Under the pieces are notes generated by a model that was not told the DNA's origin, ran no database searches, and saw nothing but the letters and a program-made list of their open reading frames with translations. 64,000 bases of DNA from Laetmonice hystrix (Eukaryota). Positions 43,376 through 55,930 of this stretch are shown here, piece by piece (positions within the stretch are counted from its first letter, which is position 1; the number at the start of each line of letters is the position of its first letter). The stretch covers positions 35,280,001-35,344,000 of the forward strand of contig OZ249436.1 of NCBI GenBank assembly GCA_965235115.1. Reading direction: 5' to 3'. The position numbers and the translations under genes were made by a program.

Positions 43376-44905
43376 TCTCCGACGGTAATGGCGGCACTCA
43401 ACGAGCATTGAAATTTCTCGGTTCAAGAGATGTGACTGTCTTTATTTTGTCGCATCGTGCTTTTCCAGCTTGCAGATATGAGAGATAAGTTATTTTGAGT
43501 TTATTCATCACTTTTTCATCAACATATAGAGACAAGGGAGGGCTTTTCATGGCAGACAGAAGATTTGTCCGGGTACGCTCGGAAATTCTGAACGGCGATC
43601 TTCGGCTCTGTACAGAGCACAGAGCCGAATTCTTTGGCTACATACGACCGTGACATAGGGTTCATGGTGTCATCTTGGGCGTTTACTGTTTGAAATGTCA
43701 TTGATTGAAGAATATTGGAATATCAGACTGTGCATGCAAGGGCAACTGACTTTGTTCTTATTCTTGTTCTTTTAATAGAAGTCTGACTTGAATAAATGTG
43801 TTAATGTACAAATACAACGTACTAATGCAATATAAATGTTCTAGATCCTAACGATATGAGGAATCTAATTGCAACAAGCATCCGCCCTTTATTCGCTTAC
43901 AAAAGGAATAGTCAAGACATGTAAATATGTAAGTTTTCGGTTTTCCTGCACGGCTCCTTCAGTCACCACAATTGAAGTAATTGTGCCATAACCCATTACC
44001 AACACCGTCGATCATTTTCAGCAGTTTCTCTTTCGGCGTGACATAGAGTGCTGTTTAAGGTGCATTTCCTAGGAATGATTTCGAAAAACAAAATACACAA
44101 CTGTTCCACATTCAATGCCTTGTAGTATTCCACCGGTGAACGCGGGACCAAAGCCCTTCCCATAATCTATGTCCACGATTATAGGCCTAATGCCGATAGC
44201 AACTTCGATCGGTGCCACAATGCCAAATAAACCATTTAAAATTACACTGAGTTTAATGTTAAATTTACTTTAAGAGAACGTTGTACCAAGGCTGCAAGAA
44301 TACACTTGTGAAGGGACAGCGCAGTGAACGTGAGCAAGACCTGGGCCCGGTTTCTCAGTCACACTTATTGAGACCCCAAAATAGTCACCGGCACTATAAA
44401 TGTATAGGCCTATACATGCATGCTCTGAACACCCAAGGTCAGAACCCATTCTGATATTGGCACACCGTTGAGTTATTGGCGGCATAGATACGGTAATCAG
44501 TGGAGGATTCTCTTGCCTATTTTCTATGTTTCATGCATAAAAATAATGCAATTTCGTTGACAGATTTGGGAGAAATTTCTATTCTATATGTTCAGAAAAC
44601 GCATCTCGGGCGTTCCTGATTTTTGGGGAGACCCCGAAAATGGGCCCCCGATATCCACCAAAAGGTGCCCCCTCCCTCCTCTCCTGAAATGCTGGATCCG
44701 CCACTGGTAATCAATCCTAGCCGAGGCCTATTGTTATTGTTACTTTTTCAGATTCAGCCGACAGCGGCGGGTCCTTGGCGCGCAACACGCCAACCACATC
44801 GTCATCGTCGTGCCTGCGCACCTCAAGGCCCAGAACCCGTGCCAGGCGAAGTGTGATCTCGATCGACGTGTCGGGGAGAGTAGGCGAGGATCGGGGGCAC
44901 GTAGT

Positions 44906-47900
44906 ATGATTGTGTACCAGACGATCTGTGTACAACTGTTGGTGGTCGGCCTCGTATTTGGTATATTCCCTGCCAGCGGACAGAATGACCGACCTATCAT
45001 TGGTAAGTATAGGCCTATGTAGGCCTATCGCAGGTGAAAGAAACTTCACACATAGTCCGACGGTATAGATCACATAGGCCTTTACATTGCACTCTGACCT
45101 TCGACTCAAGCAGTTCACCTTGGGTATGTAGGCCTATACTGCATGGGCTTATAATGTAAGCGGTGAAGGCCAGTAGGCCAGTAGGCCTATAGGTGGCGCC
45201 AGATATCGGCAAGTCATAGTTGGTCTACAGGTTTTTCAGAGGCCGTTTATAGGATCAGGATCATTAAAATACACGTAAGCTCCAGTCAGAAATATAGGCC
45301 GGTTAATTAGGGTACGTGTGCAATCGTAGGCTGTTGGGCCTATAATATGTAAAATGTATGTATTATATTTCCTTATAACTCTGTGTCAGAGTCAAAGTGC
45401 CCTGTCATGTCCTATTGAATTTAGTGTCACTAGGCCTACATGTGCGCCGGTAGGCATCACTATGCTGCCCTCATGTCATAGCGGCATGTTAAATTCGCCA
45501 AAAGGTTACCTTTTGTCCTCAGCAACACCCTGTTAAAATTTCATGTTTAAACTAAAGTTGAGTGAAAGTTGAAGAAGTAGAAAAATGACGCCATATGAGA
45601 GGGAATTCCCCTATGTACAACCGACAAGTGCACACAGTACTTTCGGTATGGTCATATTTATATTTAGGGCAATCGGGGGACCCGTTTAGGCCGAGCCTCA
45701 CCTCGCAGATAGCAGGTCCAAACGCTAACCGGATGGCCAGTTATAGGCCTATCTTTATTTCTCTATACTTACAGTACACTCATCGTTCAAACATGAAATT
45801 TTAACATGGTGTTGATGAGTATAAAAGGTAACTTTTTGAAGAATTTAACATGCTGCAGCTTTAATAATCCATAAGGTGTGCTGGCCCAGGAGAGCCCGCA
45901 TCGACTGGAGAATTATGGCGACACGTACTTCATGGCGGCCTATGTAAGCTACATCCAGATGGCGGGCGCAAGGGTCGTCCCGGTTAGGTCAGTGTCTTGA
46001 TTGACATACGAAACTGGAGGGAATCATTTCAAGTTGCATGTCGGCCTAACTATAGTCTTCAATACGGAACCAAGATTTGTATACCAGTTGTCAGATAATG
46101 ATTATGATTACATAATGTTGCACTCAACATTTTGTTTTCAGAGTAGGAATGCCGACGGAGTATTATTTGAAGATATTCAGCAATATAAACGGGTAGGTCG
46201 AAGGAATCGTCTTGTTGAACCCGGAGGGTTGGTTTAGCGCCTGATATAATGGTTCTCCGATTTAGCATGCACAAGTTTGCGTCAACGGTTCAAATTTATG
46301 TTTCATATAGACAGAGGCCTATGTAGAGAACATTTTACAATCAGTGGATTATTTTTTAGGTTGATTTTCCCTGGTGGCGGTGTAAACTTGACGTCTTCAT
46401 TGTATGCCAAAGCTGCACGTCAGATGTATGCGCTCGCAATCAAGGTACTTCAGTGACATCGGCAATACACCAATCCCCGAGATATCGTATGGTTTTTAAA
46501 GAAAGATACAGCAGCCCTAATACATAAGACCATCCCTTATTCGACTGATCATAGAGTTGTTACTATCTCGCAGGCCAAAGAGAAAGGTGACTACTTTCCA
46601 ATATGGGGTACTTGTCTCGGATTTGAACTGCTCCTGGTGCTAACGTCGAGGGATACCCTCTTAGATCGTTGTGATGCTGAAGATTACATGCTTCCACTCT
46701 CGTTCACATCTGGTAAGTACACACTTTACAACAGATCGGTAAAATATCCAAGCAGAAGTAAGGTAGGCCTACTATGACAACTGTCAGTGCATACTCATAT
46801 TGGTGCATTTATACATACAATAAGAGAAAGACTTTTTTTTATAAATATTGTATTGAGTAGACCATCAGCAAGAATTCGATATGTGTATATAGGGTAGTGT
46901 GCATTGTCAGCCATATGATACAGATCATATCTTTTGTCGCTTACTTCTTTCACAGAATTGTACAATATGTACCGGTAACGTTAGTGGGCTTAATTAAATT
47001 ACTTAATTCTTAAAAATATTCACCTATTTTAGATGGACTACAAAGCAGACTAATGGCAGACGCCTCAAAGGAATTGGTGAATACAATGGAAAAGTACAAC
47101 GTAACTGCCAATTACCACAAAGAATGTATGACACCAAAGGTAGACCTTTATGTCGTTTGGTACCAGGGCACTAGTAAAACGCACTGCCTCAATATAGCCA
47201 AGTCTGATGTGTCATATGGAAACAGAAAAAGTGAAGTTGTTCATCAAAGCGACATTTTTGGGGGTTAAAAATCGATGCAAAGTCTCAATCTGTAGGCCTA
47301 AACAAAAAGGAGTATCTTTTTAGAATGTTCTCCCTGTTGTTGGTTTGTACAACGTAGAAATGTTAATTCTCCCCCTAACCGGTCTAGGCCTACTTTGCTA
47401 TCCACCAGAAACCCTACTTGAGGGGTCGCATGTAAGATGATGTTGGTTTTTTGATGCAGAATTTTACGAAAAATGCTGCCCTCAGGTCATTTTATCGTGT
47501 GATAGCCGTCAATAAGGACAGGAAGGGGAAAGAGTTTGTGTCTATGGTTGAAGGTAAGAGGTTACGAGTATATAAATATTTGTCGTATTGTGCTATTTTA
47601 TTGATCTGAATTCCAAAATAGCGACATTTGTCATTTCCACATAATTACTGTGTTTATTTGTCAGCCCACGAGTATCCTTTCTACGGTAGCCAATGGCATC
47701 CAGAGAAAGCTATCTTCAGCTGGGATGTCCGCAAACATTTGACACATTCCACAGGAGCCGTCCTTACTTCACAGTATATGGCAAACTTTTTCGTAAACGA
47801 AGGTACGAAAGTTTCTCTAGGTATACGTAACTATTTCACGCTATTTTCCGTAATTAATCATACAGGATGTCGACACCTTATGCTATGCGAATAGGTGCAG

Positions 47901-48248
47901 TAATCTTAGGGCCTGGGTTCGATTCCTGTAGAGGACTATACAACTTTTCTCTTTAGGGACATTGTCAAAGTAATTGGGTTACCCCTGATGCCCGTGCATT
48001 TCAAAAGAAAAATACAGTTATGGACAGCGATTGGTTTTTAACCACATTTAATCTCCTTTGCAGCGAGAAAGAGTAAACATCACTATTCAAATATAAAAGA
48101 GGAAGGAGCTGCTCTCATAGAAAATTATCAACCAGTCTACCTTGGGCCGCCATCTTTTGAGTTGGACTACGTCTTCAACCTCACGTCTTCGAGACAGCGG
48201 AACAGACGACTGAACCAAAACGACGTCTTAAAATATGATTTGAAATAA
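44906..48248 (+). CDS. GGH: Gamma-glutamyl hydrolase (peptidase C26), 9 exons: 44906-45002, 45876-45987, 46142-46192, 46360-46444, 46574-46712, 47033-47139, 47460-47553, 47665-47802, 48064-48248; 335 aa
   Basis: Signal-peptide-like N-terminus then NDRPIIGVLAQE, AAYVSYIQMAGARVVPV, INGLIFPGG, FPIWGTCLGFE (nucleophile Cys), YPFYGSQWHPEK (His-x-Glu), QYMANFFVNEARKSKH. Total 1008 nt in frame. Confidence 0.95.
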
Positions 48249-49185
48249 TCTCTCCAGGGTTAGTCAGCAATAATGTTTAATAATTTTGGGATGGACGGGA
48301 GAACCATATTTGCATAGGTGTAGGAACCGGGGGCAGGTGGGCATCAGCCCCCCCAATATCAAAAGTGATAGGGAGGGGCTTAAGTGTGTTTTACCCCCAC
48401 CCCCACCCCCAACATTTGGGTAGGCCTACCGGAGTTGGGAATAATCAGTTATCGCCGGCTGAGAATGAACCCGCCTCGACCAAGAAACCACCTAGACCGA
48501 GATGCAATGTACCGATTAAGAATTGACCACCTACTATTCTAGGCAAATAACAAACGATATAATTTCATTTTTATCAATACATCGGAATACATCTGTAGGG
48601 AAACCCCAAATTTAGGACGTGTTACTAATATTAGACTATTGTAATTTTAATATTATTAAACATTCGCTTCAAACTTCACCCCCCCCCCCCCCCCAACCAA
48701 AAAGAGCTTTCTACGCCCCTGATTTGAGGACAACTCCCCCAAGAGCTCGGCGGCTAAGGTCAAGCGTACCGTGAGCGCTCGATGGTACAGCCCCGTTTAT
48801 GGAATCAGGGAATCCAGATAGACATACACGTACAAGCAAGTTCATTAAGGCCTATAGGCCTACCCTTAAGAAAACATGGATGCACCTCCAACAGTTTGTT
48901 TCCAAGCGTACTGTTAGCCAACGAATCGACTCAAGTACATGTATGTTTTAATAAAGTCTTATAAAGAGGCCAACGGTAATGGTATAGTTCCATTCAGTTC
49001 AATTTAATTCATTCTTGATTTGGGACTCATCTTGTTCTACGAGCGTACCGAAGCTATAACATGATAATAGCAGGAGTTTGAATTTGCCTCTGCTCTCCGA
49101 AAGGGGCGCTGCAAATGACGTCGAACAACATCCCATAATAGTCCTAAGTCCTGGGGAATCCCATGTTAACTTCTGGTATCGCTCC

Positions 49186-49461
49186 CAGGCACGTGTCCAG
49201 GATTTTCAGCAGGGGGGGGGGGGGTCTGAGATTTTTTTTTTAAATTAGAATCTCTGAAACGTGATTCCCGCCATTTAGGGGCCATTTTAGGGTATTATAT
49301 TTGGTAGATTCATCGATCAACAGGTTCAAAACGGCGGAAATGCTTAGAAAAAATCGCTGAACGGGTTCAAAACGGCGGGAATGCTTAGAAAAAAACTATG
49401 TTCTGCGGGAGCAGGGGGGGGGGTCCGGACCCCCTGGACCCCCCCTCTGGACACGCGCCTG
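49186..49461 (-). mobile_element. Inverted copy of the 38135-38377 MITE
   Basis: Contains the reverse complement of the same internal blocks (ggttcaaaacggcgg.aatgcttagaaa twice; atttaggggccattttaggg). Confidence 0.85.
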
Positions 49462-50799
49462 GCTCCACCATAGTTGATCATCATCATACGCGTGCTTTGC
49501 CTCTGAGGAAACGGGCTTTTAAGCGACGAAAGTCGATGTCTGCAACAGAATCGGCTAAAAATCTGAGAAAGAAGAAGTTGGACAGAAGACGCGAGAGTGC
49601 CCGTGTGTCGGCACTGAAATGGATCGGTGGATTGCCCTGAAACCGCACGCTCCGATCAGCGTCAACTTAGAGGCGTGTGAAAAACGAGCTTGGGTGCTCG
49701 ACAGGCGCACATCAGGAAATTCCCCTGTTGCCCCGTTGTCCAAAATGGCCAAGCGGTTCGAAGATAGAACGTTACGGCGTCAGCTGAGCCTTTTCACGTT
49801 ACATTTGGTTGCCCCCCTTCAATTTGAGTACGTTTCTGTCAGCTTTGAGAAGCCTAGAGTCTGTTTTTCATAATATTGGATACGTATTGCAAAGTTTGTC
49901 TGGTATATCTGGTATTGTAATTCGCTATACTGGAATTTTCGCATAGTATTCGTATTGTTACGGATAGATCCTCACCTAAATGTATTTCATATCTAAGGGA
50001 TGTATATTCATGTGTGATAAGTCATGTGTTTTCTTATTGGATGTTCCTTCATCTTCTGTTTGTTAACGAGCCGGATTAGTGTTTGTGATAAAGCCGCCAA
50101 CCGCTGGCCACGTCTGGCCAGGCGGACACCTTTGAAATGTTAAGGGTGTGAATGCCTTCTGGCTCCATCCTTACTTGTTCTGCTGACAGTCAGCTTTCTA
50201 TGTTTAACTGTAATCTGTATTCTTGGATTCATTTGTGTTAGGACTGTCTCCCTATGCAATGCTATGTAGCTCCGGACTATATAAGAGTCAAGTTAAGTTT
50301 GAGTTGGGGATCAGTTGGACAACAACTATCACTCAGCTAGCAACTTGAAATAGAGTCCGTTGGAATCCCAATTGCTCTACCATTTGCCATTATTGTACCT
50401 GAACCGAAGAAGAATAGTAAACCATCGTCAACACAGCAACCAACTAGTTATCGTTCCGAACGTTCTGGAATACCAAAAATCAAAACGGTGACAGTTGTAT
50501 CCTACGTTCGCTCATAGCAAAGAGACCATTCAGTCTTCACTATTTAAGGGGCATCGAAGTATTTCTATATCAAAACCATGTAATATGATTACTTCCATCT
50601 GTTGGCATTGTACCAATATCGTGTGCTTCTTGAAAGTATTCAAAATACAGGCCAGTCAATACCGTTTCGGGACGAAACCGGCCCGGATAGACGAAACGTA
50701 TGGCCTGCCTTCTGGACAATAAAGGCATGGAAACATGAAACATGAGGCGTCCCTATATTACTGGCTACTGTTGTATTCAAGCAAACGGTACAGGGAGGG

Positions 50800-50945
50800 C
50801 AAACAGTACAGTGAGGAATCGCTACAAGGTACTGGCTGGCCTAGCACCCCAGCGAACACTACAGTGAGGCCAAAGAGTACAGTGAGGCCAAACAGTACAC
50901 TGTGAGGCCAAGCAGTGTGGGAGGCCAATCAGTAGAGTGAGAAGT
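50800..50945 (+). repeat. Degenerate minisatellite (about 19-bp unit, aaacagtacagtgaggcc)
   Basis: Repeated tacagtgagg / gaggccaa motifs. Confidence 0.7.
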
Positions 50946-51344
50946 GCCTACATCTTACCGACTGGCCTAGTAGCCATGCAAACACTAGAGTGAGGTAGTG
51001 GAAATGAAAGGTACTGGCGAGGAGCATCTAATGTTAAAATCTGGAGAAGATACTCAAATGGGAAGATACACATCACAACCATAGATCTATATCTGTAGCG
51101 AACGATACGAGACCTATACGTTTGACAGTTACTCATCTGGCCTAAGAATCATAACTTTGGGGGGCGTAGTTTCAATTTGACCATAAGTAGGCTAGCCTAT
51201 CAAGTTAGAGTCCTACAAACTGTATTGTCTGGGAGGGACATTGATTTTGTGTATCAGCGAACTGCGCAAGGCAAAAGTAGGCCTATTATGCATCGGGCAT
51301 TTTCGCGAAAAAGCCTATAGATAGTGGGGTATAAAAATGTAATC

Positions 51345-52226
51345 CCACAGGATTTCTGTGCTAAAAGTGATTTTTTGTTTGCTTTATCTGGTCGATTTAG
51401 GGTCATGTTATCCGAAAATGATGGGGTTCAAATTTTCCGATTCCCGACGCCCCCCTCCCTTTTGGGGGGAGGGGGGGGGGGCTGTCCGTCTGGGAACCCC
51501 CAGACTGACCCTGCGCCTATCTTAGTCAATTATGATCCTATTTTCACAATCTTAGGATCATTTCGGGGGTTTTCGATGATGCCATTTATGACACCTTTAA
51601 AGCGACCGGAAGTAGCTATCACTGACTTCCGGTCCTAAAATAGTTCCCTAGAATGTTTGTGGTAAAATTGATTTTTTTTTGCTTTATTGGGTGGATTTGG
51701 GGTCAAATTATAGGAAAATGATGAAGTTCAAATCTTTCAACGCCTGGACCCCCCTATGGGGGGCCATATCCGTCCTAGGCCCCCCGCCTCACCCCAACTG
51801 CGACTGATCCTGCACCTATCTTTGCTAATAATGGACCTATTTCTACGATCTTAGGGTCGTTTTAGGGAATTCCGATGATGCTGAGTCAATTTATTCACTT
51901 TTATATCGATTGGAAGTGGCTTTCACCGACTTCGTGTGTGACATGACGTGTTCTGAAAATAGTTCCCCTAGGATAGCTATTGCTAAAATTGATGAAGTTC
52001 AAATCTTTCGACGCCTCTACCCCCCCCCCCCCCTTGGGGGGCCCTATCCGTCTTGGGGCCCCATCCCCACCCTACCTCACCCCCACCGCGAATGATCCTG
52101 CACCTATCATTGCTAATAATGAACCTATTTTTAAGACCTTAGGGTCGTTTTATGGATTTTCGATTATGCTGAGTCCATTTTCGTCATTTTTAAAGCGACG
52201 GGAAGTGGCTATCACCGACCTCCGGT
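51345..52226 (+). repeat. Three diverged tandem units of about 300 bp
   Basis: Each unit has tgatg..gttcaaat.tt.c, facing C and G runs, ga.cctgc.cctatc, ttagg.tc.ttt and ggaagt.gct.tcac.gac.tc. Confidence 0.85.
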
Positions 52227-52419
52227 TACGATTGCTGTCAAGGTCATTATCATGGTTACGTTATTGGAATCACTGGGGGGGGGGGGTTGTTTTTATGGGC
52301 GTGGGTGCAAGTGGGGGTTTCGGGGTGTGGGTGTGGGGATCTGTGTGTGTGCCTGTCAATCATGATGATGAGGTTCGTTGCCATTTCCTCTGCTCTTTCA
52401 CATGGACCTATAGGCCTAC

Positions 52420-53850
52420 AGAGTCCAGATACGGTTGAGATCTACAACGACGTCCAGTCCTGGTACTCCGGAAATCTCAAGCCACATGAAGGAGAAGAAG
52501 ACATTGGAGAGCTGGATCAGTTTCTCAAGCAGTACCTCGAGCAGGTGGGAACCCTTCTGCATCTCATCAGCGCCTGCCGCTTAGGTGACTACGAAGGTTT
52601 CTTGGCTGCATTAGAGAATATTTCTTTGCACGCGATCTTCTAATCTAAACTATGCTGCCCTGATTCCAGTCCATCTCGCTCAATGACCGCTCTGAAACGG
52701 GATGATCATTCCTGCTACATGCATGGGAAGCACTGAAGTCAGGAGATTTGTTTTGGCAAAATCAGAGGTTCCTTTCACTCACCTGTTCATCGACCAGATC
52801 CTTGAGCAGGAGATCAAGGACTGAGTCAAGATGAAGCAGCTGTGGACCGACTTGTTACCACCAAACCTTCTCTCGCTTATATAGTGAAGCAGTAGGCTAC
52901 CTCAACAGCTTCCCTCAAACCTCCAAGTCGTCTGAACAAAGTGAACACTACCACCTCTCCGGAGATGTTGCTGTGAGATCACGAGCAAGTGCTCTTAGCT
53001 CCGTCAGTCCATTAAGTTGCATTGCACAGGCAATCCGTTCACAGTGATGTGTCCTTTGAAATCTTATCAAATCTTGTACCAGAAGATGCAAAGGATGACC
53101 TTCTGCACTTTGCAGAGAAGGGCCAACAGCGCTCTGAGGAGTTGCTGCCCACACCAACACTCCGTGTTCGGGACTCAATAAAGACGCTCAAGATGAAAAC
53201 CTTCTCGAACTGGATGGAGAAAAACCAAAGTATACACGTAGGTGACAAGGTAATCAAATTGTGTGAAGAGCGAGAACTTCTCTGCCGATTTCTCATCATC
53301 CAAGGAAACCGACCTGAGCTGGTGACTAAACTGAGACTATCGGTGAGTATGAGATGTCAGTACGGAGTGTTGGTGTGGGCAGCAACTCCTCAGAGCGCTG
53401 TTGGCCATTGCTCTGTTGATGGCTCTCTCTATATAGGCCTATCCTGGAGGATAAAACCAGTCTGATGCACGCGGTTGAAGAAGCCAAAGCTTTAAATCTG
53501 GCCTTCCTGTCGATATAGCACCCGCTGTGCTTCAGATCATGAAGAAAACACCCATCATGCGGAAGCTCTTTGACGTTGAAGAGGCATTCAACATTCGCAT
53601 TGAGTTGATGATGGTTGGCTACAATAAGGGTAGAGTGGCCTTTGACCGTTATCTTGATCAGCCACTAAAGAACAAGACGCATCAGAAGAGAGCAGCGACG
53701 TCCCCAGAATTTGAGATTCTTCGAGAAATTAAGAATATAGGCCTAAGCTCACCATGCCTCTCAAGGAGCTTCTATCTGCCTCAGCGACCAAGATTAGCCG
53801 GACTTCTATGTACGATATTGATGTCGTGGAGCGAGTGCGAGTGATTGGAC
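52420..53850 (+). pseudogene. Decayed, multiply frameshifted transposase-like coding remnant
   Basis: Protein-like fragments in shifting frames (QYLEQVGTLLHLISACRLGDYEGFLAALE; FTHLFIDQILEQEIK; IKTLKMKTFSN; RVAFDRYLDQPLKNKTHQKRA), no introns, many stops. Resembles, from memory, repetitive TE-derived hypothetical proteins of marine invertebrates; family not established. Confidence 0.6.
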
Positions 53851-54550
53851 CTCACAAATGTCAAGGGCTCATTGGACTCCCCAGGCCTAATTAGCCCCCC
53901 CCCCCCCTTAACATGGTACTGCTAAAGGAGGAATTGGCTATCGGGACCAGGGACGGATCTAGGGTCTACATTCAGGGGGAGGGGGGCCGAGGGGGGGGGG
54001 TCCAGCATAAAAAGGGCAAATCGAGGGGGGGGGGGGTCAGTTGTAAAAACAATAGGCCTACTTTGGGTTATAAAAAATTAAAGTTTGGCAAATTTGAGGG
54101 GGGGGGGGGTCCGGACGTCGCCGACACCCCCCGTGGATCCGCCTATATGGGGACCATGGGTGCTTTCTAAAAAAGGCCTAGCCAGGGGAGCTAAAATTAG
54201 GTTTACGGAGGGTTTCGTACAAAATACATGGTTGGGACCACTGCACATTGTCCTAGGCCGGATACTGCCCGACGGCTTGGCTGGAGACCTGCCCATGCAT
54301 GCAGGGCTGCTGCTGCCCTCTACCGCCGCACCCCCCAACAAACTGCCACCAGGGCGCAGGTCTCCAGCCAACGTGGATCTGAGCCAAACCCAACGGCCAC
54401 TGCCTCACTTTGCTCCACAATCGGAACGTCCGAGGTCATTTCATTTTCGGTTGAGCGAGAGATGTTGCGATTGTTTGCTCGAGTCGTCCACGCTCTGCAG
54501 GACAGGCAAACAGCACGTGGTCAAACCTTTTGCTCCAAGGCAAGTCACAA

Positions 54551-54565
54551 GGCGCGAAATTTGAA
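54551..54565 (+). promoter_or_regulatory. E2F/CDE-CHR-like tandem element
   Basis: GGCGC + 4-nt spacer + TTTGAA (also reads as the E2F site GGCGCGAAA), about 40 nt upstream of ATG 54604. Confidence 0.55.
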
Positions 54566-54603
54566 ATCTCGCATAGAACGAGAACTTACGAGACGAGCCT
54601 GTC

Positions 54604-54933
54604 ATGGCCGACGAAGGTGGAGAGGGGCACAAAGACCCCGAAGGAAATCATTTGTATAACGGTGTTTCAAACGGTATAGCACCTGGCAACGGTGAGGGTG
54701 TGAATCCAGATGAATCAGATGTCCAGAGAGTTGAAATAACACAGACAGACCATCTGAATAAACGCCTGCTGTCGTCATTCCTGGACCGATTGAACCAGGT
54801 TGGCCCGGAAGGCGGATTTCCCGTGGTGGGCCGAATCGACACGTCTGACCCCGAGGCCGATATCGAGTATGAATACGCCCCGTCTTCAAACAATCAGAAC
54901 GTCGGGGATGAGCTCATTGTACCTGATAAATAG
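54604..54933 (+). CDS. 109-aa uncharacterised acidic protein, single exon; probable first cistron of the NMRK transcript
   Basis: Good Kozak context (gtcATGg), protein-like composition with a helical core ITQTDHLNKRLLSSFLDRLN, splice donor cg|gtaagg 14 nt after the stop. Confidence 0.65.
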   Translation: MADEGGEGHKDPEGNHLYNGVSNGIAPGNGEGVNPDESDVQRVEITQTDHLNKRLLSSFLDRLNQVGPEGGFPVVGRIDTSDPEADIEYEYAPSSNNQNVGDELIVPDK

Positions 54934-55930
54934 GTCAGATCACAGCGGTAAGGGGTTGGACTGGATGGGAAGACGTCCATGATCGCCACCTTCCTGTCGA
55001 AAGGAACAGTTTGAGTTTCACTTGTCCGGGAGAAACGAGTGAACTCGAGTCGAGACCACTGCCTGGCTGTGCTGCCCGTGATTCGGCGTGAAGCGCTGAA
55101 CTGAACTGACTACACAGGGAAACTGACGCAACCGGTCACAGTGTTTAACGCATACATTCTAGAAACCTGGCCTCATAGTCATACTCATAGTCTCATTCTG
55201 AGTATATAACTGACAGTGACAATGCAGTACTCGCAATGGCATTCATGACACAATACACCTGCTTTGCCTTTGCTTTGCTTAGTTTGTATGTACCGTACCT
55301 AACTGTCTTTACAACTAAGTTACAGTTTACAGTACAGTTACAAATACAAGGTACAGTCAGATCTCGTTAAACCGTGCTTCTTTAATCCGAATACACTTTC
55401 TGGTAATCTCTTCTACCATTGTCTATTTAAAATGATTCACAATCTGAACACATTTTAACGGGCAGCAAGCTGTTCAGATAAACAAGGTCTGACTCTACAC
55501 ACGATATGGCAGATCGATATATATTATTAGTGTTTGAACCTCATGATAAAAACTAACAAAACTTCAAAATCAAACACCTGGCTGTATATCATTGCAGTCA
55601 TTTATAGTCTATAAACAAATGTAAAAGGTGCAGTCTGTTTTTTATTGACCATCATTGTTCAGGACTTGATTGGCTCAGAATCAGAGGCGGCTCTTCTGCC
55701 TCAGCCTACAGCCCTAGTTATAATATCACTTTGTATCGGATGTTATGACCTAAACAATTGAATGGCATCTTGAGAGAGTACACCATGAAACTCATTCAAG
55801 TATATTTACACCAGATCCATGATGTTGAACTTTGATCTTTTTAGGTTGAATCTACACAGTAGTCGAGACAACCAACAACATCATTACATACAAGATTAGA
55901 CAATTGGATTTGTTGTATTCCAAAGGCATC

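Noticed and set aside
49460..50760. Possible LTR or retroelement remnant
   Set aside because: No paired LTRs, primer-binding site or reverse-transcriptase motifs recognisable by eye.
50800..50945. Short repeats with variable spacing, superficially CRISPR-like
   Set aside because: Units are degenerate and mostly abutting, with no unique equal-length spacers and no cas genes; eukaryotic minisatellite.
54078..54659. Overlapping ORFs of 97-159 aa (54078-54371, 54085-54564, 54228-54659)
   Set aside because: GC-rich promoter and MITE sequence; no recognisable protein features or supporting splice structure.
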